Shown here piece by piece: positions 53,648-64,000 of a DNA stretch of 64,000 nt (positions within the stretch are counted from its first letter, which is position 1; the number at the start of each line of letters is the position of its first letter). The translations under genes were made by a program, and so were the position numbers. The stretch covers positions 9,097 through 73,096 of the forward strand of contig JAHHRA010000005.1 in the NCBI GenBank assembly GCA_020026055.1, given 5' to 3'. Below the pieces are notes generated by a model, which did no database searches, was not told the DNA's origin, and was given only the letters and a program-made list of their open reading frames with translations. Source of the stretch: Actinobacillus sp. Its GTDB lineage: Bacteria > Pseudomonadota > Gammaproteobacteria > Enterobacterales > Pasteurellaceae.

Positions 53648-53977
53648 ATGTTATGTATTGATATTATGACTCATCAAAGTACTCCTCGGAATATTCGCCA
53701 ACTCTTAAAAGCAAGTCATTTTCTCCGACATTGTCAAACGGAGCAACGCCAACAAAGCTTACAAAGTTACATCAAAACAATACTGCCTTTTTCAAATGAA
53801 AAACTTTATCGTTGTTATGAAACTGCTGAAGATATTATTTGTATTGAAGTACCGAATGCTTTGTTACGTTATGCTCTTTTAGCACGTAAAAACGAACTTT
53901 TAACTCATTTCCAACAACAAAATGAAAAATTAACTAACATTCAGATCTTAGTTAATCCTAAATTGCAAAATCGATAA
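53648..53977 (+). CDS. DUF721/DciA-like protein (candidate replicative helicase operator)
   Basis: 109 aa, divergent from secM-secA. The segment ILPFSNEKLYRCYETAEDIICIEVPNALLRYALLARKNELLTHF...IQILVNP fits my recollection of the DciA pattern (lp....c........L.iev.sa....rl....ll..l......i.i.v.P). The start may be the ATG at 53666. Confidence 0.5.
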   Translation: MLCIDIMTHQSTPRNIRQLLKASHFLRHCQTEQRQQSLQSYIKTILPFSNEKLYRCYETAEDIICIEVPNALLRYALLARKNELLTHFQQQNEKLTNIQILVNPKLQNR

Positions 53978-53983
53978 AATAAC

Positions 53984-54024
53984 ACGCCCCAAAATTTGTA
54001 AAATTTTTCCAATTTTAGGGGCGT
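53984..54024. repeat. palindromic repeat, full copy; terminator for fumC
   Basis: ACGCCCCAAAATT-TGTAAAATTTTTCC-AATTTTAGGGGCGT with a 1-nt bulge. On the minus strand it is followed by TTATTTTATCGA. Confidence 0.88.
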
Positions 54025-54040
54025 AAAGTAATAGTCTAAT

Positions 54041-55435
54041 TTATTTCAAGCTACCAACCATATCTTCAGGTTTCACCCATTCATCGAATTGTTCAGCAGT
54101 AACAAAGCCTAAGTTAATCGCCTCTTCACGTAAAGTCGTACCATTTTTGTGTGCAGTCTTAGCAATTTTTGCTGCTTTTTCATAGCCAATATGCGTATTG
54201 AGTGCAGTGACTAACATCAATGAATTTTCAAGTTGCATTTGAATGCGAGCATAATTTGGTTGAATACCTTGGGCACAGTTTTCGTTAAAAGACTGACAAA
54301 CATCACCGAGTAATTGTGCAGATTGCAAGAAATTTGCTGCCATAACGGGTTTAAACACATTAAGCTGAAATTGTCCTTGTGAACCTGCAAACGAGATAGC
54401 TGTATCATTGCCAAAAACTTGTGCACTTACCATCGTCATTGCTTCGCATTGGGTTGGGTTCACTTTCCCAGGCATAATGGAAGAACCTGGCTCGTTTTCT
54501 GGAAGCAGAATTTCACCAATACCACTGCGAGGACCTGATGCTAACATACGGATATTATTGGCAATGTTAAACAAGGAGATACCAAGTTGTTTCAACGCAC
54601 CATGGGTCTCAACAATCGCATCATGAGTAGCAAGAGCTTCAAATTTATTTTCAGCTGTGATGAAAGGAAGGTTCGTGAATTTTGCGATGTATTCGGCAAC
54701 TTTGATGTCGTAGCCTTTTGGAGTATTTAAGCCTGTGCCAACGGCAGTGCCGCCAAGAGCGAGTTGAGAAAGATGCGGTAAAGTGTGTTTAATCGCATCA
54801 ATCGCAAATTTAAGTTGAGCCGCATAACCTGAAAACTCTTGTCCCAAAGTCAATGGTGTTGCATCCATCAAATGAGTACGCCCAATTTTAACAACATTTT
54901 TGAAGGCTTCTGCTTTGATAGCAAAGATTTTTTGTAAAGCATCTACTCGAGGTAAAGTATGTTCTATAACTTTTTTGTAAGCAGCAATATGCATTGCTGT
55001 TGGGAAAGTGTCGTTTGAAGATTGAGATTTATTCACGTCATCATTCGGATGAATATAGGATTTTTCCCCAAGTTTACCGCCGTGAATGACGTGAGCCCGA
55101 TTCGCCACGACTTCATTCACATTCATATTAGATTGAGTCCCTGACCCTGTTTGCCAAATCACTAGTGGAAATTCAGCATCTAATTTCCCTGCAATAATTT
55201 CATCACAAGCTTGAGCAATAAGATTGCGTTTTTCTAGAGATAAAACGCCTAAATCATAGTTAGCATAAGCAGCTGCTTTTTTTAAATAACCAAAGGCTTC
55301 GATAATTTCTTTTGGCATTGATGCTTCAGCACCAATCTTGAAATTATTACGAGAACGTTCAGTTTGTGCTCCCCAATATTTATTGGCGGGCACATTTACT
55401 TCACCCATTGTGTCGTGTTCAATACGATATGTCAT
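54041..55435 (-). CDS. fumC: class II fumarate hydratase
   Basis: 464 aa. [44 protein letters not shown] signature. Confidence 0.97.
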   Translation of the reverse strand: MTYRIEHDTMGEVNVPANKYWGAQTERSRNNFKIGAEASMPKEIIEAFGYLKKAAAYANYDLGVLSLEKRNLIAQACDEIIAGKLDAEFPLVIWQTGSGTQSNMNVNEVVANRAHVIHGGKLGEKSYIHPNDDVNKSQSSNDTFPTAMHIAAYKKVIEHTLPRVDALQKIFAIKAEAFKNVVKIGRTHLMDATPLTLGQEFSGYAAQLKFAIDAIKHTLPHLSQLALGGTAVGTGLNTPKGYDIKVAEYIAKFTNLPFITAENKFEALATHDAIVETHGALKQLGISLFNIANNIRMLASGPRSGIGEILLPENEPGSSIMPGKVNPTQCEAMTMVSAQVFGNDTAISFAGSQGQFQLNVFKPVMAANFLQSAQLLGDVCQSFNENCAQGIQPNYARIQMQLENSLMLVTALNTHIGYEKAAKIAKTAHKNGTTLREEAINLGFVTAEQFDEWVKPEDMVGSLK

Positions 55436-55555
55436 TGTAATACCCTTCTAAACATATAAAGACAGCTGAGTGTAACATTGCTTTTTTAGTAACTAAATAT
55501 AGCAGTCATAAAAACGAGAACTAGATCACTTTTTTAATAAAAAAGGTGATAGTCC

Positions 55556-55597
55556 AAAATAAAATAAACCCTAAAAGCTGAAAACAACTTTTAGGGT
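55556..55597 (-). terminator. intrinsic terminator after torD
   Basis: On the minus strand: ACCCTAAAAG-TTGTTTTCAG-CTTTTAGGGT followed by TTATTTTATTTT. Confidence 0.8.
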
Positions 55598-55617
55598 CTA
55601 TTCACTATTCTGGCGTA

Positions 55618-56196
55618 TTATTGTTTAAGTACTGAAAGTAATAAATCAACAATATTTTGATAAAAATTTGTGTTAGTTGGTATTTTTTGCAATTTTTCAT
55701 GAAAAGGTTCTAACCACGGCAACAAATAATCTTCAATAAAAACTTGTTGTTCTCCTTCAGAAGCCTTTTGAATAAATTGAACCAAAATCTCTAAATAAAC
55801 ACCAAGATGATCGCTTGGTTCTTTGACTTCTTTATTGAGTTGAAGTTGAAATTGATTGAGAGCTGTATCCATAAATTGCAAATGCAGGGCAAGTTGTTCT
55901 TCAGATAAGTAAACTGAAGCATAAGGCAATGCACTACTTTCACCATCTAATAAAAAAGCTTCAGAAAAATCTGCTGCTAATTCTAAATAACCCAAAGTAT
56001 CTTCTTTCAAGCTAGTTAGAGCTTTTTTAATTCCAGCAATTTGTTTTACAAACCCATGTTCTTCTAATGCTTCAAACAATGGATCAAACAAACCATTTTG
56101 GTATTGATTAAACTGCTCCTGATTTAACTCTTGGCAAAGCACATTGCTAATCCATTGAATTAAGAAAGATTTTTGAGTTAATTCAAGATTTATCAT
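55618..56196 (-). CDS. torD: TorD-family molybdoenzyme maturation chaperone
   Basis: 192 aa. ELAADFSEAFLLDGESSALPYASVYL and EPSDHLGVYLEIL match TorD/DmsD motifs. ATGA overlap with torA. Confidence 0.82.
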   Translation of the reverse strand: MINLELTQKSFLIQWISNVLCQELNQEQFNQYQNGLFDPLFEALEEHGFVKQIAGIKKALTSLKEDTLGYLELAADFSEAFLLDGESSALPYASVYLSEEQLALHLQFMDTALNQFQLQLNKEVKEPSDHLGVYLEILVQFIQKASEGEQQVFIEDYLLPWLEPFHEKLQKIPTNTNFYQNIVDLLLSVLKQ

Positions 56197-58676
56197 AATT
56201 CAACCACAATAGGTCCAGTAAAACCATTCGGTGCAGGTGCTTTGCCATGATATTTTTCGACATTAACCAAACACGTATTTGATGAGACAGCTTGTGCAAG
56301 TTCAGAAGTAGGGATATCAATAGTCATTGTATTTGGATCTCCATAAGTATCAATTGCACCTACTTTGGCATCAAGAGGTGAATACCACGCCCCTTCTTGT
56401 AAGCGGACGATACCTTGTGGAAAATCATTGGATAAATGAGCACCTACGATAGCTTGCCCTCGATCATTATAAACACGCACCAAGTCACCTTGAGCAATAC
56501 CTAATGTCGCTGCATCTTTTGGGTTAATATAAAGTGGCTCTCGTCCGTGAATAGTATAGGTTGCACGCAATGGTTCAGATTCACAAAGTTGTGAATGTAA
56601 ACGTTTATCTGGGTGAACAGATTGCATCCAAAATTTATATTCATTTGATTTTGGTCCACCGTGTGAACGTTCTTCTTTTTCAAACCACATTGGATGCCCT
56701 TTACAATGAGTGTAGCCATAACTTGCAATCTTACGACTATAAATTTCAATGAAGCCAGATGGTGTGCCCAAGGCATTTAATTCAGGATCATTACGGAAGT
56801 CCTCCATAAAAGTAAATGGTTTACCCTCTGGGAACAACACATAACCTTTTTTCCAGAATTCTGTAAATGGTGGCATTTCAAATTCTTTACCTTTGGCATT
56901 ATTTTCTTTACGACAACCTTCGTATAAGAATTCTAACCATTGCATTTCATCCATTCCACGTGAATATTCTTTTTCTTTACCAAATCTTGCACATAATCCT
57001 TTAAAAATATCAAAGTCAGAACGAGCTTGATACATTGGGTCGATCAATTTTTGCATCGCAATAACACCACGATTACTGTAACTTCCGTAGGCATCAATGT
57101 CGTTACGTTCGTATGGCGTAGTAGCAGGTAGAACAATATCAGAAAAACGACAAGACGCTGTCCAGCTATAGTTGACTGAAATCACTGTTTCTAGTCGTTG
57201 GAATGCCTCCTTCATTTTGTTGCGTTCAGGGTGACGATGCCATTGATTACAACCTGAAATTAACATCATTTTGTACGGAGGATAAGTGACTTTTGAACCG
57301 TTGTAGTTGATAGTCTCACCTGGATGTAACAAACAATCCGTCGTACGTGCGATAGGGATAACTGAGCTATATCCTTTATAATCAGTGTTTGGGTATTTCG
57401 GTGTTTGACCTGGATCGAGATTCAATGGGAATGCTCCAGGCATTGCAGCACCTGAACTTGGGATCCCGATAGAACTATAATGATGAGAATAACTAATTCC
57501 GCCACCTGGCAAACCAATTTGCCCTAACATTGATGCTAACACTGCTCCCATCCAATAAGGTTGTTCACCGTGTTGTTGGCGTTGTACTGCCCAGCCAAAA
57601 ATCAATTGCGTGCGTTTTCCAGCTAACATTCTAGCAAATTCACGAATGCGATCAGCTTTGATTCCACAAATATTTTCTGCCCATTCTGGAGTTTTTGCTA
57701 CTTTATCCTCAGTCTCGCCCAATAAATAAGGTAAGAATTTCTCAAAACCAACTGTATAAGTATCGAGGAAGTTTTGATCGTGAAGTTTTTCAGTATAAAG
57801 CACATAAGCAATAGCAAGCATAAAAGGAACATCCGTCTGCGGATTGATATATTGATGCGGACACTCCAAGAATTTTTGAGTTTTACTCACGATAGGATCA
57901 ACACTGATGACATTCACTTTTTTATCAGCAATCTTTTGTTTAAGTTTCTCTAAAGCAGCATAAGATTCATGAGTTTCACAATTCCAGCCTACTTGTAGAT
58001 TTTTAACAGGATCTGTTGACCAGAAAATAATATTTTCACTTTCTTTGAGCAAAATTTCCCAAGAAGTATTATCAGAATAAACCACAGTGGAACCAAGCAC
58101 ATAAGGTAGAATGACTTGACCTGCTCCAGTGGAATAGTCGCCTGTCGCACTTACGAAATTACCGTGCATACTCACTGCACGAATCATATTATTCACGCAA
58201 CTATGCAATTGTCCTGTAGATCGCCAGCCACCACCAGCTACATGCAACGCCCAAGGACCATAATTTTGTTGAATACGTTCTAATTCTTGGTAAAACAAAT
58301 CTAAAGCTTGATCCCAAGTAACTCGTACAAAACGGTTATCTCCACGTTCAGCACGGTTACTTTTTTCACGATTTTTAAGCCAATCTAAACGAACCATCGG
58401 ATAACGAACACGTGCGGTACTGTAAACTAACCCTTGGATACCTTTAATCATCTCAGTTGGGTGTTTATCATAATCAAAAGCTTTAACCTCAGCTATTCGA
58501 CCATTTAAGATTTTAGCCTTAAAAGCTCCCCAGTGCGAACCGCTTAATCGCCATTCGTCAGGCAATACTTCCGTCATTTCGGCAGAAACTTTACGAGCAA
58601 TAAGGAAAGATGGCATTGAAAATGTAGCTGCCATTGCAGAAACATTAGTTAAAAATTGTCTACGTGATTGTTCCAT
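56193..58676 (-). CDS. torA: periplasmic trimethylamine-N-oxide reductase (molybdopterin, TorA/TorZ family)
   Basis: 827 aa. Tat signal SRRQFLTNVSAMAATFSMP. DMSO-reductase-family type III enzyme lacking an N-terminal Fe-S Cys cluster. Flanked by torC and torD. Confidence 0.9.
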   Translation of the reverse strand: MEQSRRQFLTNVSAMAATFSMPSFLIARKVSAEMTEVLPDEWRLSGSHWGAFKAKILNGRIAEVKAFDYDKHPTEMIKGIQGLVYSTARVRYPMVRLDWLKNREKSNRAERGDNRFVRVTWDQALDLFYQELERIQQNYGPWALHVAGGGWRSTGQLHSCVNNMIRAVSMHGNFVSATGDYSTGAGQVILPYVLGSTVVYSDNTSWEILLKESENIIFWSTDPVKNLQVGWNCETHESYAALEKLKQKIADKKVNVISVDPIVSKTQKFLECPHQYINPQTDVPFMLAIAYVLYTEKLHDQNFLDTYTVGFEKFLPYLLGETEDKVAKTPEWAENICGIKADRIREFARMLAGKRTQLIFGWAVQRQQHGEQPYWMGAVLASMLGQIGLPGGGISYSHHYSSIGIPSSGAAMPGAFPLNLDPGQTPKYPNTDYKGYSSVIPIARTTDCLLHPGETINYNGSKVTYPPYKMMLISGCNQWHRHPERNKMKEAFQRLETVISVNYSWTASCRFSDIVLPATTPYERNDIDAYGSYSNRGVIAMQKLIDPMYQARSDFDIFKGLCARFGKEKEYSRGMDEMQWLEFLYEGCRKENNAKGKEFEMPPFTEFWKKGYVLFPEGKPFTFMEDFRNDPELNALGTPSGFIEIYSRKIASYGYTHCKGHPMWFEKEERSHGGPKSNEYKFWMQSVHPDKRLHSQLCESEPLRATYTIHGREPLYINPKDAATLGIAQGDLVRVYNDRGQAIVGAHLSNDFPQGIVRLQEGAWYSPLDAKVGAIDTYGDPNTMTIDIPTSELAQAVSSNTCLVNVEKYHGKAPAPNGFTGPIVVEL

Positions 58677-58690
58677 AATTACTGCTCTCC

Positions 58691-59875
58691 TTATTTTTTA
58701 TCAGATTGATTTGCACTCTCTGACATATCAGAAGCGTGCATTTGTAGATAACGTAACACTTGTTTGGCTTGTTCTGGCGTCAAGTTAGTAAAACCTTTCA
58801 TACCATTAAACACACCTACCCAAGTATTGGAGTCGAAATGTTTAATATCTGGTTGCTTATGGCATACAGAGCAAGAAGTAGTAAACATTTCTTTTGCATT
58901 TGTCCAAATTGGCGTGAGATCAGCAGTCATTTGACCTTTTTTCACCCAAACTTGCATTTTTACTTTTTGCCAAGTAATACCCGTCAACTCATCAACTTTA
59001 GTTTCAATGCTCTCAATTTTAGGGTTACTTTGCATAAATTCTTTGCTTAAAACGGCATCAACAATACTTTTCGCAAAATCGTTATACCAAATACGACCAA
59101 AACCTTTTTCTTTACGCCACATATTAAGCTCAATTAAATCAGCATTTGAACCAGATTTTACAAAAATAACTGGTGCAAGCCCTTCTAAATAACCAATTTC
59201 AGTTTTGAGATCTTCGTCAATAAAAATTGGTGTCTGAACTTGAGTGTAATAAGTTTGATTAGTCTGCAAAGAAGAGGCAACAAGGTTCGGGTCCAAACCA
59301 TTATTTTCAGCTTCTGATGGTTGTGGAATTGGGTGTGCAATACCTTTGTGGCAATCAATACAACTTTGATCTCTCTTGGCGGCAGCTTCCATTGCGACTC
59401 TCGCTTTATATGACATTTTGTCGAAATCCATACGTTCATATTTATGGCAAGCTTTACATTCTGCCGAACCATTGGCACTCATACGTTTCCATTCATTTTG
59501 TGCCATACGATAACGTTCTCTATCAAATGCTCCAGGTTCGTCATAAGCACCAATCACAGTTTGATAAACCTCTTTTAATGCTTGAATTTTACGCATATAT
59601 TTCGGAATAGTGTCATGTGGTAAATGGCAAGCTGCACAATCTGCAGTAACACCATATTGGTTATGCCCGTGCGGTGTCTGCATTAAAGATTCTTTATTGC
59701 TTTCCATCGTATGGCAACTTACACAGAATTCTTCTTTACTAGTTTGGTGCAAAGTTTCGTCAAATACTGCTTTCCCTGCGATACCAACAATCGCACCAAC
59801 GATAAGCAAAATGCCCAGCCCATACTTAGTAGATGGTTTGAAGAGAAATTTCTTCAAAGACTGATAGATTTTCAT
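58691..59875 (-). CDS. torC: pentahaem c-type cytochrome TorC (NapC/NirT family with C-terminal monohaem domain)
   Basis: 394 aa. N-terminal TM anchor and five CXXCH motifs (CVSCH, CAACH, CKACH, CIDCH, CSVCH). Confidence 0.9.
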   Translation of the reverse strand: MKIYQSLKKFLFKPSTKYGLGILLIVGAIVGIAGKAVFDETLHQTSKEEFCVSCHTMESNKESLMQTPHGHNQYGVTADCAACHLPHDTIPKYMRKIQALKEVYQTVIGAYDEPGAFDRERYRMAQNEWKRMSANGSAECKACHKYERMDFDKMSYKARVAMEAAAKRDQSCIDCHKGIAHPIPQPSEAENNGLDPNLVASSLQTNQTYYTQVQTPIFIDEDLKTEIGYLEGLAPVIFVKSGSNADLIELNMWRKEKGFGRIWYNDFAKSIVDAVLSKEFMQSNPKIESIETKVDELTGITWQKVKMQVWVKKGQMTADLTPIWTNAKEMFTTSCSVCHKQPDIKHFDSNTWVGVFNGMKGFTNLTPEQAKQVLRYLQMHASDMSESANQSDKK

Positions 59876-60025
59876 AAATTCCCCAATAAATTTTACATAA
59901 AACTACTGTACTATCTACTTCAATAACTTCCTTTATTAGAAATAAAAAGACAGCTAGAAGAAGTCCAACATTTTACTGATTTAAAAGTGCTATATCAATA
60001 AAATAGATACTTTTGAGTGTTATAA

Positions 60026-61321
60026 CTAACAATATTTATCTAAAAAATGATAGTAATGAATACCAATTGCTGTCGCTACTTTTTTCACGAATTTTCCACC
60101 GTAAATGGATGGTACATGAAGCTGCTCAAAAATAGCTAAACGTTCATCATTACCAGTGATAGCTTCTGCAAGAATACGCCCAGCTAAGCCAGTTAACGCA
60201 ACGCCGTGACCAGAATAACCATGTGCGAAATAAATGTTTGCTGCTATTCGCCCAAAGTGTGGTGTTGAATTTATTGTCATATCAATAGGACCTTTCCAAG
60301 CATAATCTATTTTCACATTTTCTAATTGTGGAAAAACATGCAACATACTTTTTCGCATCGCTTCATTTAGTGACCGATTAGGATCAATATCGCTACCAAA
60401 CAATAAGCGATTATCTGCACTTAATCGATAATAGTCCAAAAGGTAATTGTTATCGCAAGCACTCATACCATTATTAATCAAAGAATCCGCAACGCTCTGT
60501 GATAAAGGTTCAGTCGCAATAATACAACTCTCAACTGGTAATATTTTATTAGCAATTCCGCGATGTATTGATTTTGGTAACTCCGTAATATACGCATTAG
60601 TTGCTAACACTATATCTTTACAAATTACTTTCGCTTTTGCACTTATTACCTCGGCTTTTAGATGAGCTTGCTTTATATCTAAAACTGGAGTCTGTTCATA
60701 AATTTTCACTCCTAGACTCAAACAAGCTGCTGCCAATCCCAAACAATAATTTAATGGATGTAAATGCCCAGAATTACTGTCGTATAGTCCCCCAACATAA
60801 ATATCACTTCCTAAAAATTGCTGAAGTTGTGCCTTATCCCACAACTGCATATGTTGATAACCAAATCGCTTAACACTTTCTCGTTCAATCGCAATCAAAT
60901 CATCCATTCGCCGATTATTTAATGCAAGCGTAACATAGCCTTTTTTCCAATCACATTGAATATCAAATTGCCTAACACGTTCATCAATAATATCAATCGC
61001 TTCTAAAGACATATCCCACAATTGATGAGCTTTCTCTTCACCAAGGTGTTTAATATATTCATCAATACCTTCTTCAAAACCATTAATTGCTTGACCACCA
61101 CTCCGACCTGATGCCCCAAAACCAATTCTCGCACCCTCTAATATGATGACAGATTTTCCTTTTTGTGCTAACTCCAATGCAACAGATAACCCTAAAAATC
61201 CTGCTCCCACGACACAAACATCTGCTCTTGTATCTTCTACTAAGTTAGGACAGATGATCGTTTGATTTCTAGTATCAACATAGTAGGAGCGACAATGTTC
61301 TTTATAGGCAAATTCCAACAT
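60026..61321 (-). CDS. FAD-dependent oxidoreductase (OrdL/PuuB-like, gamma-glutamylputrescine oxidase family)
   Basis: 431 aa. Dinucleotide fold DVCVVGAGFLGLSVALELAQKG and DAO-family layout. It is divergent from potD. Confidence 0.82.
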   Translation of the reverse strand: MLEFAYKEHCRSYYVDTRNQTIICPNLVEDTRADVCVVGAGFLGLSVALELAQKGKSVIILEGARIGFGASGRSGGQAINGFEEGIDEYIKHLGEEKAHQLWDMSLEAIDIIDERVRQFDIQCDWKKGYVTLALNNRRMDDLIAIERESVKRFGYQHMQLWDKAQLQQFLGSDIYVGGLYDSNSGHLHPLNYCLGLAAACLSLGVKIYEQTPVLDIKQAHLKAEVISAKAKVICKDIVLATNAYITELPKSIHRGIANKILPVESCIIATEPLSQSVADSLINNGMSACDNNYLLDYYRLSADNRLLFGSDIDPNRSLNEAMRKSMLHVFPQLENVKIDYAWKGPIDMTINSTPHFGRIAANIYFAHGYSGHGVALTGLAGRILAEAITGNDERLAIFEQLHVPSIYGGKFVKKVATAIGIHYYHFLDKYC

Positions 61322-61495
61322 AAATATTCTCAGTTAGTAATAAAAAAGAGTGGCAAAATGGTACTCCCTTTCGATTATATGTCAATTTTTATGAGGCAAT
61401 CTAAAAAGATCTGTTATACTCACAAACATGCATAAAAACAGTAGTATTTCCCAAAATTTCACTGCATCTAAACAACATTAAAGGAGAAAATAGAA

Positions 61496-62560
61496 TTGAA
61501 GAAATTTATTTTAAACAACATAAAATCCCTAATCTTTACAGCCTACACTTTATTTTCAATTAATGCCTCCGCTAGTAGCAATGAACTTTATGTATATAAC
61601 TGGACAGACTATATCCCATCTGATCTTTTAACTAAATTCACGAAAGAAACTGGCATTAAAGTCATTTATTCTACTTTTGAAAGCAATGAAGAGATGTATG
61701 CTAAATTAAAATTATTGAACAAAGACAAAGAAGGTTACGATCTTGTATTCCCTTCAAGTTACTACATAAACAAAATGGCATCTGAAGGTTTATTGCAACC
61801 TATTGATCATAGCAAAATTCCTAATTTTCATTATATCCCAGAAGAATTTCTAAATCAGAGTTTTGATCCTAATAACAAATATTCTCTTCCTTATACTTAT
61901 GGTTTAACAGGTATCGGTGTAAACAGCACTTACATTGACCCTCAAAAAATAACTAGCTGGGCAGATTTATGGAATTCGCAATATAAAAATCAAGTATTAT
62001 TAACAAACGACGCACGTGAAGTGTTTCACATCGCCCTTTTGCTAGATGGTGTGTCTCCAAATACACGCAACCCTGAACAAATAAAAACAGCCTACAAACG
62101 TTTATTAAAGTTAATCCCAAACGTTCTTGTCTTTAACTCTGATAGCCCTGAAGTTCCATTCGTACAAGGAGAAGTTAACATCGGTATGCTATGGAATGGT
62201 TCTGCCTACCTTGCTAACAAAGAAGATCCCAACATCAAATTTATCTACCCCAAAGAAGGTGCCATCTTTTGGATGGATAATTATGCAATCCCAGCAAATG
62301 CAAGACACTTAGACAATGCATACAAATTTATCAACTTCTTACTTCGCCCTGAAAATGTAAAAGAAGTCATTGAACGTATGGGTTTTTCTATGCCAAATGA
62401 CGGAGTAAAGGCATTACTAACCACCAAACTTGCTAGTAATCCAATACTTTTTCCACCTAAGGAAGAAATAAAAAAAGGCATCATCCAAGCCGATGTCGGT
62501 TCCGCTGTTACAATTTATCAAAAATACTGGGAATTACTTAAAACGCAATTTGATAAATAA
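61496..62560 (+). CDS. potD: spermidine/putrescine ABC transporter substrate-binding protein
   Basis: 354 aa. Signal peptide, [12 protein letters not shown], and PotD/PotF family layout. TTG start with an AAAGGAGAAAA RBS. Confidence 0.9.
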   Translation: MKKFILNNIKSLIFTAYTLFSINASASSNELYVYNWTDYIPSDLLTKFTKETGIKVIYSTFESNEEMYAKLKLLNKDKEGYDLVFPSSYYINKMASEGLLQPIDHSKIPNFHYIPEEFLNQSFDPNNKYSLPYTYGLTGIGVNSTYIDPQKITSWADLWNSQYKNQVLLTNDAREVFHIALLLDGVSPNTRNPEQIKTAYKRLLKLIPNVLVFNSDSPEVPFVQGEVNIGMLWNGSAYLANKEDPNIKFIYPKEGAIFWMDNYAIPANARHLDNAYKFINFLLRPENVKEVIERMGFSMPNDGVKALLTTKLASNPILFPPKEEIKKGIIQADVGSAVTIYQKYWELLKTQFDK

Positions 62561-62569
62561 CTTAACTTC

Positions 62570-62597
62570 TTCCCTCCTTCATTTGGGAGGGATTTTC
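62570..62597 (+). terminator. intrinsic terminator after potD
   Basis: TCCCTCC-TTCATTTG-GGAGGGA followed by TTTTCCC. Confidence 0.7.
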
Positions 62598-62712
62598 CCT
62601 TATTTTCACTCACTACTTAACTGACAAATCTCTCATCTACAACATAACATTGCCTCGTCTTACTGCTAACTCAATAAAACAAGAAGTGAGTTCATAATTC
62701 TCAGCCTATTTA

Positions 62713-63213
62713 TTATTTGATCTTCAAAACAGCTTCTTTGATGATTTCATCAATCGATTTATCTATATCAATCGTTATAACATCAGATTCGTTGATAGGT
62801 ACTTCTAATGTATTGAATTGACTCTGGAGCATACTAGCTTTCATAAAATGACCTGTTCGACTTTCCATCCTCTTTAACAGCAAATCAAAAGATCCATTTA
62901 AAAATAAAAAAATAACTTTTTTATTCCCGTCACGAATTTGATCACGATATTTTTTCTTCAATGCTGAACACACTATAATTCCTTGTTCATTTTTATTTTC
63001 TAAGCTATAGCAAGCATCCCTAATTCTCTCAAGCCAAGGAGAACGATCTTCATCATTGAGTGGATTACCTGATGCCATCTTTTGAATATTCGCTTTTGGG
63101 TGGAGATCATCTCCATCAATAAATTTATAGCCTAATTTTTCAGCTAAAATATCGCCAATAGTGCTTTTACCACTACCAGAAACTCCCATTATTATGATTA
63201 CTCTTCCTGTCAT
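62713..63213 (-). CDS. gntK: gluconokinase
   Basis: 166 aa. P-loop GVSGSGKST, FIDGDDLHPKANIQKMASGNPLNDEDRSPWL. Confidence 0.92.
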   Translation of the reverse strand: MTGRVIIIMGVSGSGKSTIGDILAEKLGYKFIDGDDLHPKANIQKMASGNPLNDEDRSPWLERIRDACYSLENKNEQGIIVCSALKKKYRDQIRDGNKKVIFLFLNGSFDLLLKRMESRTGHFMKASMLQSQFNTLEVPINESDVITIDIDKSIDEIIKEAVLKIK

Positions 63214-63293
63214 CAGATTTCCTTAACTTTTAACTTGTTTTAACATTGAGATAGTTAGATAATACCACGCCTGAATAATATTTAGATTAAATT

Positions 63294-64000
63294 ATGAGTA
63301 CATTTTATTTATTAAGCATTGCAGGGATTGCAATTTTCGCCCTCTTGGTTTTGATCATCAAATTAAAAGTTCACGCTTTTATTTCTCTCATTTTAGTAAG
63401 TTTTTTCACTGCCATCGCAACAGGCATCAGCCCTAATAATATTGTGCCAACAATGATAAATGGGTTTGGTGGAACCTTAGCATCAGTCGCTTTACTAGTA
63501 GGTTTAGGAGCGATGATTGGTAAAATTTTGGAAGTAAGTGGTGGTGCAAAAATCTTAGCAGACACTTTAATTAGCCGATTTGGAAAAGAAAAAGCGCCTT
63601 TCGCTCTAGGTATCGCTTCTTTACTATTTGGTTTCCCAATATTTTTTGATGCGGGTTTAGTGGTAATGATGCCCATTATTTTATCTGTTGCTGCACGTTT
63701 CGGTGGTTCCACTCTAACTTATGCTCTGCCTAGTGCTGGTGCTTTTGCTGTTATGCATGCTTTTGTTCCACCACATCCAGGTCCAGTAGCTGCAGCTGAC
63801 TTATTAAATGCGAATCTAGGATTATTATTAATTACTGGCATTCTAATTTCTATTCCTACTTGGTATTTGGGAGCTTATTTATTCGGCTTATACTCGGGAA
63901 AACGTTTTAATATTCCATTAAACAAGCTATTTTTTAATCAAGAAAATGATGAAAAAGCTCAAAACCCACCTAAGTTCTCATCCGTACTTTTTATTTTAGT
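63294..64000 (+). CDS. GntP family gluconate:H+ symporter, N-terminal part (runs off window)
   Basis: My own translation from the ATG at 63294 gives MSTFYLLSIAGIAIFALLVLIIKLKVHAFISLILVSF...GFGGTLASVALLVGLGAMIGKILEVSGGAKILADTLISRFG...FFDAGLVVMMPII...HAFVPPHPGP. It is divergent from gntK. The track ORF 63371-63712 (-) is its shadow. Confidence 0.88.
   Translation, partial: MSTFYLLSIAGIAIFALLVLIIKLKVHAFISLILVSFFTAIATGISPNNIVPTMINGFGGTLASVALLVGLGAMIGKILEVSGGAKILADTLISRFGKEKAPFALGIASLLFGFPIFFDAGLVVMMPIILSVAARFGGSTLTYALPSAGAFAVMHAFVPPHPGPVAAADLLNANLGLLLITGILISIPTWYLGAYLFGLYSGKRFNIPLNKLFFNQENDEKAQNPPKFSSVLFIL

Overview
This window reads as a core chromosomal region of an AT-rich (roughly mid-30s % GC by eye) Pasteurellaceae-like gammaproteobacterium. 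Supporting gene content: ponA divergent from a comABC(D)E-type pilus/competence operon, NadR with an HTH domain, a PAS-less ArcB, a single-parvulin SurA and torCAD. I call about 64 tightly packed protein genes, almost all housekeeping. They include gyrA, deoD-nupC, gltS, trmB, corA, tpiA, frmRAB, brnQ, tex, greB, folA, yibN-secB-gpsA, yejMLK, bamE, arcB, pnp, deaD, mobA, dsbA, surA, pyrR, mutH, ribB with an FMN riboswitch, nadR, mutT-secA with a SecM-like leader, fumC, torCAD, potD and gntK/gntP. I see no rRNA, tRNA, CRISPR array, transposase, integrase, prophage or recognisable defence or toxin genes. I did not find a convincing novel multi-gene protein system. The most unusual signal is non-coding. 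It is a dense family of ~40-bp palindromic repeats built on a GGAAAATTTTCC-type centre between CGCC...GGCG arms, present at 14 well-supported loci plus one weak fragment. Some are full hairpins that double as terminators. Others are half copies sitting exactly on gene boundaries, inside the comC 3' region, or forming the last codons of tex. One matched-arm pair brackets a 2.1-kb two-gene segment. Other points worth a second look are: apparent loss of comD with a ComD'-'ComE-like short secretin; a short SecM-like arrest ORF ending ...LIRAP-stop upstream of secA; an orphan terminator (candidate sRNA) between tpiA and frmR; and a long structured corA leader. All calls come from reading the sequence and recalling protein families. 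No searches or computations were run.
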